Of a DNA stretch of 39,631 nt, positions 16,913 to 26,412 are shown piece by piece. A model generated the notes under the pieces. That model saw only the letters and a list, made by a program, of their open reading frames with translations, made no database searches and had not been told where the DNA came from. The stretch covers positions 1 to 39,631 of the forward strand of contig CAZFJK010000007.1 of the NCBI GenBank assembly GCA_964519225.1, read 5' to 3'. Each line of letters begins with the position of its first letter. The first letter of the stretch is position 1. The position numbers were made by a program, and so were the translations under genes. The DNA is from an uncultured Methanosarcinales archaeon. GTDB taxonomy: Archaea > Nanobdellota > Nanobdellia > Woesearchaeales > B54-G15.

Positions 16913-17992
16913 TCACCCAGAAATAAATTTCAATTTATCAACCTTTCGCTTGGCTTTTTCAAAGCGTTTTTCAAACATTTCCATAAATTCAGCAAATCGT
17001 TCGCAGGCAATCTGCTTACATTCTTTACAAAGAAGCCTTCCTGTTTTACAATCATTAAAAATTTCCGCAAGTTCATTATCATCTTCAATTAAGTGCTGCT
17101 TATGCAATTCAAAAACAACGCATTTCTCTGGCTGCCCCCCTTTCTTTCTTTGCTCATCTATTGTTTCTCTGCCGCCGGTTAATGCCTTCTTCAGTTTTCT
17201 ACAAACTTCTTTAGAATCTTCAGGAAGCCCAATGCAGCTTTCAGGCTTGCTTTTACTCATTTTCATGCTACCGTCAAGCGAAGGAGTATACTTGTGATAA
17301 ACACTCGATGGCATCACAAACCCAAATTCATTTTTTGTTCTCCTAACTATATCCCTCGTCAACCTCAAATGAGGATCCTGATCAATCCCAACAGGAACTA
17401 TGCACGGCATCCTCTTCTCAAGTTGAGGAAACAAAATATCAGCAGCCTGTGTCAGGGCTGCAAGCATCCTTTCAGGATCGTTTGTTCCGTAAATAGCTCT
17501 GAATTCGCTTGCAGTAACGCGTCTTGAAAAAGCATAAACCAATCTCGTCAACTGCTTATTATCGCTCTGAAAGTAAAAAATCGTCTTTTTTGGATCAAGT
17601 CCTAAAGCAATATAAGCAGGAATATGGAATTCCAAAGCCCTTTTCCTTGCTTCTTCAAGTGAAATCTTCCTTGCAATCATCGCCTCTAAATCAGCAACGA
17701 GCAAAAAAGTCTTTGCCCTATGTTCCTGAAAATACCTTATGTTTTCAATCACCATCTTATTTCCGAAATGCAGTTTTTCAGCAGTTGGCATAATCCCGGT
17801 TAAAGCATAGAACTCCTTTCTTTTCTTTACCGTATCAGCAATTCTTTTCAGATCGCGTCCAGCAAAAACAACACCCCTTCGCATTAATCTATTCGGCTCA
17901 GGAAAACTATTTGCCTTAAACAATTCGAGTCCGAAAGCCTTGATAACCTTTTCATATTCAACAAGTTCAGCTCCCCAGGGATCTATTAACAT
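16913..17992 (-). CDS. trpS: tryptophanyl-tRNA synthetase
   Basis: IDPW, HIGH-like LHFGN, QAADIL, VPVGIDQDPH, KMSKS, ALTGGR, CKECK. Confidence 0.95.
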   Translation of the reverse strand: MLIDPWGAELVEYEKVIKAFGLELFKANSFPEPNRLMRRGVVFAGRDLKRIADTVKKRKEFYALTGIMPTAEKLHFGNKMVIENIRYFQEHRAKTFLLVADLEAMIARKISLEEARKRALEFHIPAYIALGLDPKKTIFYFQSDNKQLTRLVYAFSRRVTASEFRAIYGTNDPERMLAALTQAADILFPQLEKRMPCIVPVGIDQDPHLRLTRDIVRRTKNEFGFVMPSSVYHKYTPSLDGSMKMSKSKPESCIGLPEDSKEVCRKLKKALTGGRETIDEQRKKGGQPEKCVVFELHKQHLIEDDNELAEIFNDCKTGRLLCKECKQIACERFAEFMEMFEKRFEKAKRKVDKLKFISG

Positions 17993-17996
17993 AAGC

Positions 17997-18635
17997 CTAC
18001 TCACGCTTAACTAGTTTAATAACTTTTTCAAAAATTTCCCTACTTGCCCTATGCAGATCATCATTTACAACCCTTGCCCATTTCCTACTTTGTGCAAGCC
18101 AGTCGTATATCTCCTTCACCTGTGCAAGATAAACCGCATCCTTCTCATGCTTATCCATCTTCTCTTCAATATAGCTTCTCTTTCCTTTCTTCAATATCCT
18201 TTCTCTTGCAACATCAACAGGAACATCTAAGTAAATAACCAGATCCGGCTGAGGCATCCTGTTTATCACGTATTCCTTTTCCCCAACAAACTCAACAAAC
18301 CATTTCCAGTCATCGCTCCTTGCACCCTGATGCGCCTGATTACTCGGCACATACCTATCAACAAGAACAAAATCATTTTCTTTCAATGCATCTAGCAATT
18401 CGTTCTTTGCATGCAACCTGTCAATAGCAAACAAAACAGAAATCAAAATAGGGTCGGGATCTCCGAATTCTCCCCTTAAATATTTTCCGATTAACTGACC
18501 ATAAAAATGTTCGTATCTTGGAAAAGAAAAAACAGCAACTTTAAAACCGCTTTGTTCCAAATGCTCTTTCAGCAATTCAACATGCTTCTTCTTCCCACTG
18601 CCGTCTATTCCTTCAAAAACAACAAGCTTCCCCAT
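17997..18635 (-). CDS. tmk: thymidylate kinase
   Basis: VFEGIDGSGK, LFAIDR, DRY..SN.AHQG, PDLVIYLDV. Confidence 0.92.
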   Translation of the reverse strand: MGKLVVFEGIDGSGKKKHVELLKEHLEQSGFKVAVFSFPRYEHFYGQLIGKYLRGEFGDPDPILISVLFAIDRLHAKNELLDALKENDFVLVDRYVPSNQAHQGARSDDWKWFVEFVGEKEYVINRMPQPDLVIYLDVPVDVARERILKKGKRSYIEEKMDKHEKDAVYLAQVKEIYDWLAQSRKWARVVNDDLHRASREIFEKVIKLVKRE

Positions 18636-18693
18636 CAAAATATCATCAACTGAAAAAAGATTTAAAGATTTAGTAACTGGAATATATCAAATC

Positions 18694-19002
18694 CTATTCA
18701 TATTCCCGCCAAACATATTTGCATTTCTCGCATTTAAAAAACCTGGTGGCAGGTTCATCCGCTGCCCTTGTTTGAACTTCCCAGAAATAAGCCCTGTCAT
18801 GCCCGCACTTTGGACATTTTGCTTTAACCAGAGGCAGAACCTCCCTTTCCTTTTCAACAACAGCAACATCTTCAGCTTTACTCTTTTCTTTTTCAGAAAG
18901 TTTAAGCTCACCCTTGCACTTATAGCCGCACCTAGGACAGACAAGCTCACCCTCTTTTCCAGGCACCAAGATTGATCCGCACTTAGGACAAAACTTTACC
19001 AT
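18694..19002 (-). CDS. tfs: transcription factor S (TFS, RpoM family)
   Basis: FCPKCG...CPRC, CPKCGH, QTRAADEP (acidic hairpin), CEKC. Confidence 0.93.
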   Translation of the reverse strand: MVKFCPKCGSILVPGKEGELVCPRCGYKCKGELKLSEKEKSKAEDVAVVEKEREVLPLVKAKCPKCGHDRAYFWEVQTRAADEPATRFFKCEKCKYVWREYE

Positions 19003-19010
19003 ATTATCAC

Positions 19011-19628
19011 CTATCCTTTAAACAAGCCTATAAATTTGACAAACAGTATTTTTATCCATCCCAAATAAGGTATTCTAAACACAGCCTTACCGATTATCTT
19101 TTCTTCACTTATACCAACCTCATTCAATTTCGTCCCAGTTATGCTTTGCAGATTATGGTCTCCTTTAGTTTGAAAATACCACTTCCCATTGACTTTCCAT
19201 TTCTTCACAATCCTGTGAATGATCGGATCTTTCTGTTTGTCTTTAAAAACCAGAATATCTCCGATTTTCAATTCTTCAGGCTCAACACCAACCAGAATCA
19301 TAATATCTCCTTTGTTAAATCCGTTCTTAAAAGGAAAGCGCATAAACATCTCCTTTGTTATGTTATGCTCCTCGTAAAAATCCTTCTGCAAGCACGCGCT
19401 TTTACTGCAGACAGCAATCGAATTCCACCATTTTTCAAAATCACCGTCATGTTCCATACTTCCGCTAACAACAGCAACTATCGGATAGCTTGTTCCAAGC
19501 AAGAGCCCTATCAACGGATAGAAAACAAATTTAATCACAACAAAAGCTATAACAATGTTAGCAATCCAGCTAAGCGGATGATTGCTTTTCCATAGAAACC
19601 ACCAAATCCGCTTTAAAAATCCAGCCAT
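19011..19628 (-). CDS. sec11: signal peptidase I (Sec11 type)
   Basis: TM then VVSGSM, GDI, PIIHR, TKGDHN, IPYLGW. Confidence 0.93.
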   Translation of the reverse strand: MAGFLKRIWWFLWKSNHPLSWIANIVIAFVVIKFVFYPLIGLLLGTSYPIVAVVSGSMEHDGDFEKWWNSIAVCSKSACLQKDFYEEHNITKEMFMRFPFKNGFNKGDIMILVGVEPEELKIGDILVFKDKQKDPIIHRIVKKWKVNGKWYFQTKGDHNLQSITGTKLNEVGISEEKIIGKAVFRIPYLGWIKILFVKFIGLFKG

Positions 19629-19644
19629 TTTTTTATTTCAAAAT

Positions 19645-19863
19645 TCAATCTTCTACTTCAACAATCTTCTTTCTGCTCTTTCTACCTTTTAAAAGCTTTA
19701 CCCTCTTTTTAAAGTATCTTGTAAGAAATTTTATGAGTTCCTGATTGGCCTTTCCTTCAACTGCCTTTTCCTTAATCCATACCTCTGCTACTCTTTTTTC
19801 TCTATCAAAACGTATAACCTTGTTTTCTGTTTTTCCGGGCTTGGCATAAACAAGAATCTTCAT
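19645..19863 (-). CDS. DUF167 (YggU/UPF0235) protein
   Basis: AVEGKANQELIKFL...G.KSRKK. Confidence 0.85.
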   Translation of the reverse strand: MKILVYAKPGKTENKVIRFDREKRVAEVWIKEKAVEGKANQELIKFLTRYFKKRVKLLKGRKSRKKIVEVED

Positions 19864-19918
19864 GAGCCTTTAACTAAGGGCAATGATTATAAAGATTTCT
19901 TCTTTAACTGAAAAAAAA

Positions 19919-20365
19919 ATGCAAAAACAGAAGCATGCCCAGTACTATGAAGGAATCCTTCAGCTCAGAAATCCAACAAGAGAAATAATCTCATTCGTCA
20001 GAAAAGAAATAGAAAAAAGCAAAATAAACATCGCTAAAGAAAACCGCCTTAAAAACGGCATTGATCTTTACCTTTCATCTCAACGATTCACACGACAGCT
20101 CGGTCTTCTGCTGCAAAAACGATTTCCAGGAATTTTAATAACATCAAGAAAACTTCATACCGTCAGCAAAAAAACAGGAAAACGCCTGTATAGGGTTACT
20201 GTCTTATTTAAGTACATTCCAGTAAAACCAGGAAAACAGATCACATTCAGAGGCATGAAACTTAAAATCATTCAAATAGAACGAAATACAATTATAGCAA
20301 AAGAACAATCTGGAAAAAAGCACAAGATAAAGCTCAAAGAGCTAGCTGATCTAGTTCTATCTTAG
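19919..20365 (+). CDS. NMD3-related protein (C-terminal part only; start uncertain)
   Basis: YYEGILQLR, GIDLYLSS, SRKL..GKRLYRVTVL resemble the archaeal NMD3 C-terminal region. Confidence 0.6.
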   Translation: MQKQKHAQYYEGILQLRNPTREIISFVRKEIEKSKINIAKENRLKNGIDLYLSSQRFTRQLGLLLQKRFPGILITSRKLHTVSKKTGKRLYRVTVLFKYIPVKPGKQITFRGMKLKIIQIERNTIIAKEQSGKKHKIKLKELADLVLS

Positions 20366-20831
20366 CCTTTTTTATCGCAACGTCTTTTTTAACAACGCGG
20401 CAAATCAATTTCCCAAAATTTTCCTTGTACTGCCTTTTTATCTTCTCAACAACCCTGTGGATGCTTTCATAAGCATGCAAGGCAGCACTCAAAGCACTTC
20501 TTTCGTGCTTGTTTTTTACAAATCTTTTATACGGCTTTGTTATTCTCAGCTTTTCAGGCCAGCTGAGATCCTTCTTAGGACAGTAAATCTTTGCTCCGAA
20601 TTTTCTTGCAATCTTTTCAATCAATCTCGGTGCTTTACTGACATCGCACGCTATTACAATAGGCTCGCCAAACTCAGTTAAATGTGAGATGATCCAGCTT
20701 AACTTCAAATGCTTTCCAGAATTAATCTCTAATATGTTTCCATCAACATCTAAAATAGCATAGCCAATAGTAGTTCCTGGATCAATACCTATAATAATCG
20801 GCCTTCTGTCAAATCTATTTAACCTTTGCAT
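20334..20831 (-). CDS. DUF460 family protein (RNase H-like/YqgF fold)
   Basis: IIGIDPGTTIGYAILD.G, P.VIACDV, P.KDLS..EK, N.HER.AL.AA. Confidence 0.85.
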   Translation of the reverse strand: MQRLNRFDRRPIIIGIDPGTTIGYAILDVDGNILEINSGKHLKLSWIISHLTEFGEPIVIACDVSKAPRLIEKIARKFGAKIYCPKKDLSWPEKLRITKPYKRFVKNKHERSALSAALHAYESIHRVVEKIKRQYKENFGKLICRVVKKDVAIKKAKIELDQLAL

Positions 20832-21168
20832 TATTGTTTACTTCTCTATCAACAGTAAGCAGGGCTATTGGATTAACACCATCATCCGCAGCCAGTACCA
20901 TTCCTTGACTTCTTACACCCCTTATCTCCTTATGCTCTAAATTATTGATAAAAACAACTTTCTTTCCAAGCAATTCATCTTCACTATAGTATTTTCTCAA
21001 TCCTGCAACAAGCTGTCTATCGTTCTCACCGGGTCCTAAATCAATCAGCAAAACATATAGCTCGTCTGCATTCGGATGCACTTTTACTGCTTTTATTGTT
21101 CCGACCCTGAGATCAAGCTTTTCCCAATCTTCAAACTTCACAGTCGGAATTTCTTGAAGTTCACCCAT
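20815..21168 (-). CDS. OB-fold tRNA-binding protein (Trbp111/CsaA/MetRS C-terminal-like)
   Basis: KLDLRVGTI, HPNADELY, RQLVAGL, GVRSQGMVLAA. Confidence 0.92.
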   Translation of the reverse strand: MGELQEIPTVKFEDWEKLDLRVGTIKAVKVHPNADELYVLLIDLGPGENDRQLVAGLRKYYSEDELLGKKVVFINNLEHKEIRGVRSQGMVLAADDGVNPIALLTVDREVNNNAKVK

Positions 21169-21190
21169 TCTAAGCTACCCACATTTCTGG

Positions 21191-21520
21191 CTAAATAAAA
21201 ATCTTTCCATCCATCTTTGACATGTCTAAGGAATCAGGTATTTCTATATCTTTCTTATATCCGATCGTATCGGAAGAATCATCAGCAAATTCGGCACTAC
21301 CACCAAATCTTTTCACTATCCTCTCGCAAATCTTTCTTACGTGTTCTTTACCCACCCCATCTTTGTAGTAGATAAAAGCTTCGGCTTCTTGTCCGAAATA
21401 AACATATACGTCTGGTTTTTCGACGAAACAGGAACCATACTAAGAAATAAATATCTTTTTCATCTACAAAAAAAATATGAATTCTTCCTCATTTTTATCG
21501 TGTTCGCAGTAAATCTCCAT
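21191..21520 (-). pseudogene. probable pseudogene: 109-codon frame with two internal TAG stops
   Basis: Not in the ORF track; reads MEIYCEHDKNEEEFIFFL*MKKIFIS*YGSCFVEKPDVYVYFGQEAEAFIYYKDGVGKEHVRKICERIVKRFGG...GKIFI*; TAG at 21466-21464 and 21442-21440. Confidence 0.5.
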
Positions 21521-21609
21521 CTTATTTTCAGCCTATAATTTATTTAATAAATTTTCCAATACCAAAAACATTTTATTTTAGCTTGCTCACCTTTAAAAGG
21601 TGAACAAAA

Positions 21610-21888
21610 ATGAGAACGCATGAAAAACTAGAGAAATTAATCGAGCTAAAAAAAGGCATATCCGAAATTCCCGTAAAAGAAATAGGCAGTATTATAGTTG
21701 AAGAGCCCATATTAAACATCCTTTCAAGCGGCGGCAAATATAATCCACTCCAAGGCAGAGAAGAACAAATCCCACAAAATGCACAAGCATATCGTGTCGA
21801 AGAAATCGACACTGTAATGGAAAATCCATTCCAAGTAGGCATGACCGATTATAAAAAATTTCAAATAACTTTCTACAAGTCCAAATAG
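21610..21888 (+). CDS. hypothetical protein (92 aa)
   Basis: SD AGGTGA before the ATG; no motif recognised. Confidence 0.7.
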   Translation: MRTHEKLEKLIELKKGISEIPVKEIGSIIVEEPILNILSSGGKYNPLQGREEQIPQNAQAYRVEEIDTVMENPFQVGMTDYKKFQITFYKSK

Positions 21889-21926
21889 TAAAATTTTCAA
21901 AGCAGGCCTCTAAAAATCAATTCTTT

Positions 21927-22409
21927 CTAATTTTGTACAATTACTTGTGTTTGAACAAGGGCTATCCAGGGACTTTCTTCTGGAGCACCTTCATAAGTTG
22001 CTGAAATTCCTACTCCGTAAACACCATTTTCCAGTTTTGTTGTGTCTAGCAGTATCTCTTGTCCTGCAAATGGATCATCTACCCATTGCAATATAACATT
22101 CGGAGAATTGTACAAATCTCCTTTAAATCCCTGCGGCACCATGGAAACAAGAATCTTTGTAGTCTCGCTTGGAATGTTCTGTAAAGTCACTGTAATAACA
22201 CCACTAACTTTTTTGTCTTCTGTTGGAGATATCCTCACTTTAAGACCCCTATTTTCCAAATTAATTTCTGTTTTTGCCTGTTCTGTTCCCTGGCTTTGCA
22301 TCGGTTGAATCTTCTCAATACTCTGCTGGGCACAACCACTTGTAAGAACAACAGCAACAACCACCAATACTAAAATTCCAACATTAAAACGCCACGATTT
22401 CATAACCAT
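21927..22409 (-). CDS. secreted lipoprotein with an Ig-like domain
   Basis: Hydrophobic signal ending LTSGC (lipobox); LDTTKLENGVY resembles a Big/Ig-like motif. Confidence 0.7.
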   Translation of the reverse strand: MVMKSWRFNVGILVLVVVAVVLTSGCAQQSIEKIQPMQSQGTEQAKTEINLENRGLKVRISPTEDKKVSGVITVTLQNIPSETTKILVSMVPQGFKGDLYNSPNVILQWVDDPFAGQEILLDTTKLENGVYGVGISATYEGAPEESPWIALVQTQVIVQN

Positions 22410-22532
22410 AACTTAACCTATTTATATAAAAAACTTTCTTTGCAACACCTATTGCTAACTCATACAATCCAAAAGCTTAAAAATAATTTTTCTTTTCCAC
22501 TTAAAAAACAATCATCAAAAAATAAGTTAAAA

Positions 22533-24365
22533 ATGAAAAAGAGGGCATTATTACTTCCTGTTATTTTCTTAGCCCTATTTCCAGCGCTTTCTCTCTCAAC
22601 CAAAGCAGTGCTCGAAACAAATCACATGTATTTGCTTGCAGTAAAAGAAACAGCAGAAGAAACGACCGGTGTCATCGCAGACCTATTCTTAAGAATAACA
22701 CCAGGAAACGGCCGCGTTTACATAGAAACATTTCCTCTCACAAAATACGATACACAAATAAGCACAAGATTCGCCAGAGATATAGCATGCGACTTCATTG
22801 ATTTTGATTGTTCTAAGTACGACTTCTTTTATACGATAAAAGCAGATTCAGCTATAATCGGCGGACCAAGCGCAGGCGCGGCAATAACGATACTAACAAT
22901 TTCATCTCTGCTTGAACTTCCGATAAAAGAATCAGTAGCAATAACTGGCACAATAAACAGCGGAGGCATTATCGGCCCAGTAAGCGGCCTCATTGAAAAA
23001 ATAGATGCAGCAGCAGAAAAAAACCTCACCACAGTTCTTATTCCTAAAGGAACTGGAAAAATCAGTCTAGCTAAGCTCGAGATTGATCTAACAGAGTATG
23101 GAAAAGAAAAAAACATCACAGTAAAAGAAGTTTTTGACATAAATGAAGCATTCGCAACATTTACAGGAACAAAATTAAAAGAGAAAAAGGAATTTTCCAT
23201 AGACCCGAACTACAAAAAAACAATGTCCTACTTAGCTCAGCTTCTGTGCAATAGAAGCAAATCATTGCTTGATCAAATCTCAAAGCTTGAACCACAAACA
23301 AAATCCCTGAAGAAAGCAAAAAAGAAAGCAGTAGAGCTTTACGAAAAAGGAATAAAAGCAAAACAAAACGGGCTTTTCTATTCGGCTGCAAGCTATTGCT
23401 TTGGATCGAATGTTAAATCAAGATTCATTCTCCTCAGCCTAAAAAAAGATGTAAATCTCACAAAGCTTGAAGAAGAAATCGAAAAATTCGATAAATCGCT
23501 TAACAAAACAGCAATAAAAACAATAACAGACCTTGAATCCTACATGGTCGTTAAAGAAAGGCTGTTCGAAGCAAGAAAAACATTGGATGAGCTTTCTGCA
23601 TCTAAGCTGCAAGATGAAGATTTCTTTTATGATGCAGCATACGTAACAGAAAGGATTTACTCTGCAACTACTTGGCATCAATTCTTCGGCAAACCAGGAA
23701 TGGAATTCATATTCAAAGAGGATGCCCTCAAAGAAGGTTGCCTTAAAAGGTTGAGTGAAGCAGAAGAACGCTATCAATATGCAAAACTCTTCCTCGGCGA
23801 AGAGTTAACCTCAACAAAAGAAGAATTAGATCAGGCATATTCTGATCTCGACGATGGCGAATATGCCCTATGCATGTTTAGAGCAACAAAAGCAAAAGCA
23901 GAAGCAGATATCGTAATAAACATGATAGGCGTCCATAAAGAACAGCTTGATTCTTTACTTCAATCAAAACTTTCTATAATCGAAAGAGTAATCGCAGAAC
24001 AGCAGGAAAAAGGCATCTTTCCAATACTTGGCTATTCCTATTATGAATATGCATCTTCACTAAAAGAAGAAGAACCATTCCTTGCAGCGCTTTATCTTGA
24101 ATATGCCCTTGAGCTTAGCAATCTTGACATCTACTTTCCATCAGCAAAACAACCTGAAACTAAGCCAGAAAAGAAAGAAAAACCACTTACCGAAGCACAG
24201 AAAAAAATTATATACATTCACATAATTATCTTCTTCTGCGGCTTTGCAGCAGGCATAATAATCCTAACCCTTTTTGCACGAATCAAAACAAAAACAAAAA
24301 AAGAAAAAATGAGCATAAAACCCACGCGGGCTTCAAGAAGAAGCCCGCGCAGGAAAAAGAGGTGA
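22533..24365 (+). CDS. membrane-anchored archaeal S16 (Lon C-terminal-like) serine protease
   Basis: Signal peptide; GGPSAG (Ser), TGTINSGGIIGPVSGLIEK (Lys of the dyad); C-terminal TM helix and basic tail. Confidence 0.88.
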   Translation: MKKRALLLPVIFLALFPALSLSTKAVLETNHMYLLAVKETAEETTGVIADLFLRITPGNGRVYIETFPLTKYDTQISTRFARDIACDFIDFDCSKYDFFYTIKADSAIIGGPSAGAAITILTISSLLELPIKESVAITGTINSGGIIGPVSGLIEKIDAAAEKNLTTVLIPKGTGKISLAKLEIDLTEYGKEKNITVKEVFDINEAFATFTGTKLKEKKEFSIDPNYKKTMSYLAQLLCNRSKSLLDQISKLEPQTKSLKKAKKKAVELYEKGIKAKQNGLFYSAASYCFGSNVKSRFILLSLKKDVNLTKLEEEIEKFDKSLNKTAIKTITDLESYMVVKERLFEARKTLDELSASKLQDEDFFYDAAYVTERIYSATTWHQFFGKPGMEFIFKEDALKEGCLKRLSEAEERYQYAKLFLGEELTSTKEELDQAYSDLDDGEYALCMFRATKAKAEADIVINMIGVHKEQLDSLLQSKLSIIERVIAEQQEKGIFPILGYSYYEYASSLKEEEPFLAALYLEYALELSNLDIYFPSAKQPETKPEKKEKPLTEAQKKIIYIHIIIFFCGFAAGIIILTLFARIKTKTKKEKMSIKPTRASRRSPRRKKR

Positions 24366-24404
24366 TTGAGCGTAATAAATGATTATCAAACTTCCACCAG
24401 CCCC
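24317..24404 (-). ncRNA. putative small RNA, copy 2 of the two-copy family, antisense to the 3' end of the protease gene
   Basis: Reverse complement GCTCAATCACCTCTTTTT CCTGCGCGG GCTTCTTCTTGAAGC CCGCGTGGG TTTT; same layout as 11863-11948. Confidence 0.6.
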
Positions 24405-24445
24405 TTATTACTAATAAGTAACTATTTTCCTATTTAAATTTTTCG
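24405..24445 (-). promoter_or_regulatory. BRE/TATA promoter plus conserved box (sRNA copy 2)
   Basis: Reverse complement CGAAAAA-TTTAAATA-GGAAAAT-AGTTACTTATTAGTAATAA; no protein gene on this strand downstream for it to serve. Confidence 0.6.
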
Positions 24446-24498
24446 CAACTCCAGTAAATAGTGCCTAACAAAACAAAAAGAACTTATCGTCGAAAAAG

Positions 24499-25011
24499 AT
24501 GCAATGCAAATTATGTAAAGCAAAAACAAAACACGAATTCTGCGACAGGTGCTTTCCATCAGTCATTGAACGCAGAATTAGGCGGTATACACGCCTAAAC
24601 AAGCTCTTCAAAAAAGGAGACATCATCTACGTTCAAGGAAAAATAGCTAAGTTCTTCATTCCAAGAATTCTCGAAAATCTACCAGTTAAAATCGTAAGAA
24701 AGAAATCAGAGGCAAAAAAAATCATAACAGACGACACAGCAGATACAATAATAGAACAGTTTCTCTCTGAACTTTTTCCAAGCCTGAAAAAGAAAGAAAG
24801 AAAAGAACAAAAGAACCAAAAAATAATTCCTTTGCTTTTGCCAATCACAGACAAAGAAGCAGAACGATTTGCAAAACTAAAACACATAAAATACAAGCCG
24901 CCAAAAAGAAACAAAAGAATAGCATCCTTGCTTGAAGAACTCGAACGCACAACCCCAGACATAAGATATAAGCTACTCAGAACAATAAAAAAAATAAAAG
25001 GAATACAATGA
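24499..25011 (+). CDS. degenerate TtuA/Ncs6 (PP-loop tRNA thiolase)-like protein lacking the catalytic motifs
   Basis: CxxC...CxxCF..IERRIRR...FKKGD N-terminus and LEELE..P.IRYKLL C-terminus; no SGGKDS. Confidence 0.55.
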   Translation: MQCKLCKAKTKHEFCDRCFPSVIERRIRRYTRLNKLFKKGDIIYVQGKIAKFFIPRILENLPVKIVRKKSEAKKIITDDTADTIIEQFLSELFPSLKKKERKEQKNQKIIPLLLPITDKEAERFAKLKHIKYKPPKRNKRIASLLEELERTTPDIRYKLLRTIKKIKGIQ

Positions 25012-25955
25012 ACAAAACACGCTTCTTTTCTATCTTAACGATTTCTATATTCATTATCTTTTCAATCAACTCATGCGTTTTAAAAGATAAAAGTACATCA
25101 AAAATAACAATTTCAGAACCAAACAGCCATATAGCTGCGTTCATGTGCTCAGGTCAATCATGCGAAAAAACCTTTATTCAAAATCTAGAAAAGGCAAACA
25201 AATCAATTCATTGCGCATTCTATTCCCTAACTCTAGAATCGATCATAGACCTTCTTAAAGAAAAGTCATCATCTGTTGAAACGCTTCTTGTCCTGCATAA
25301 CGAATCTATTCATCCAGGCTTAATGCATAACAAGTTCTGCATTATCGACGGCAGAACAGTAATAACAGGCTCATACAACCCAACTAAAAACAGGCATAGA
25401 AACAATATAATTATAATCACTTCGCCAACTATTGCAAAAGCTTATGAAGAAGAATTCAAAGAACTTCTCGCTAAAACATTCGCTTCTGGAGAAAAAACAG
25501 AAGTAAATTCGATTCAAGCAAACAAAACAACAATCTCTGTTTTCTTTTGCCCAGAAGATGATTGCGAAGAAGCTGTTTATTCAGAACTTAGAAAAGCAAA
25601 GCATTCAATCTATTTCATGCAATATGTCTTTACTTCATCAAAACTTGCAACAATCATTGCTTTAAAACATGCAGAAGGAATAGATGTAAAAGGCATTTTT
25701 GAAAGAAGCAGAATATCACCGTATTCCACGTATCATTTCCTCAGCTATCAAAACATTTCTGTTTTCTATGACCCATTCAAAGAATACATCCACCACAAAG
25801 TGTTCATCGTCGACAACGAAACAGTTATAACAGGCTCTTTCAATCCAACAAAATCAGCAAACACAAAGAACGATGAAAATCTCCTCATAATCAAAGACAA
25901 AGATATAGCAAACCTTTACCTAAAAGAATTCAACTATATCCTAAGCAAGATCTGA
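25008..25955 (+). CDS. phospholipase D family protein (two HKD motifs), secreted or membrane-anchored
   Basis: MHNKFCIID..ITGSYN and HHKVFIVD..ITGSFN; N-terminal hydrophobic helix. Confidence 0.9.
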   Translation: MNKTRFFSILTISIFIIFSINSCVLKDKSTSKITISEPNSHIAAFMCSGQSCEKTFIQNLEKANKSIHCAFYSLTLESIIDLLKEKSSSVETLLVLHNESIHPGLMHNKFCIIDGRTVITGSYNPTKNRHRNNIIIITSPTIAKAYEEEFKELLAKTFASGEKTEVNSIQANKTTISVFFCPEDDCEEAVYSELRKAKHSIYFMQYVFTSSKLATIIALKHAEGIDVKGIFERSRISPYSTYHFLSYQNISVFYDPFKEYIHHKVFIVDNETVITGSFNPTKSANTKNDENLLIIKDKDIANLYLKEFNYILSKI

Positions 25956-26371
25956 TCTCCGAGCTTAATTCCAAGTTCTTTAACTTTACCTGCATTCACT
26001 TCTAGAACATATTTTGCTTTTTTATTCGGCATTATAACAGGACATAATATGTGTTTACATGGCTTTGCATTCTCTTTAATATAAACAATTACTCCATCGT
26101 CATCCAGCCAGATTATATCAAGCGGTATTAATGTATTCTTCATCCAAAAACCATACATTCCTTTCTTTTCAAATATAAACAACATCCCAGCATTGTCATC
26201 AAGCTTTTTCCTATACATTAATCCTCTTTCCCTTTCTTCTTTTGTTCTTGCAAGTTCTACCTTAAAACAAAAATCTTTATAGCAAGCTTCTCCAGCGCTT
26301 TTTTGCATAGCTAAAACAAAAACAAGAACAAACAACACACCTAAAATAACAACACTAAGCAAAAACTTCAT
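25934..26371 (-). CDS. DUF192 family exported protein
   Basis: VELA....RERGLMYR, GMLFIF, FWMKNTLIPLDIIW, YVLEVNAG. Confidence 0.92.
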   Translation of the reverse strand: MKFLLSVVILGVLFVLVFVLAMQKSAGEACYKDFCFKVELARTKEERERGLMYRKKLDDNAGMLFIFEKKGMYGFWMKNTLIPLDIIWLDDDGVIVYIKENAKPCKHILCPVIMPNKKAKYVLEVNAGKVKELGIKLGDQILLRI

Positions 26372-26412
26372 TTAGGCAAAAATTAAAATAATCAAAATAT
26401 AAACTTTCCTGT

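Noticed and set aside
22440..22532. Extended N-termini from the ORF track (22440; also 30723, 12245, 18004)
   Set aside because: Downstream ATGs with an SD or signal peptide fit better, and the extensions overlap promoters or neighbouring genes.
24379..24414. Micro-ORFs after GAGGTG on the strand opposite the sRNAs (MIIKLPPAPYY here; MSFYYISY at copy 1)
   Set aside because: The peptides are unrelated and SD spacing is inconsistent, while G-U pairing and the promoters favour the other strand. Not fully excluded.
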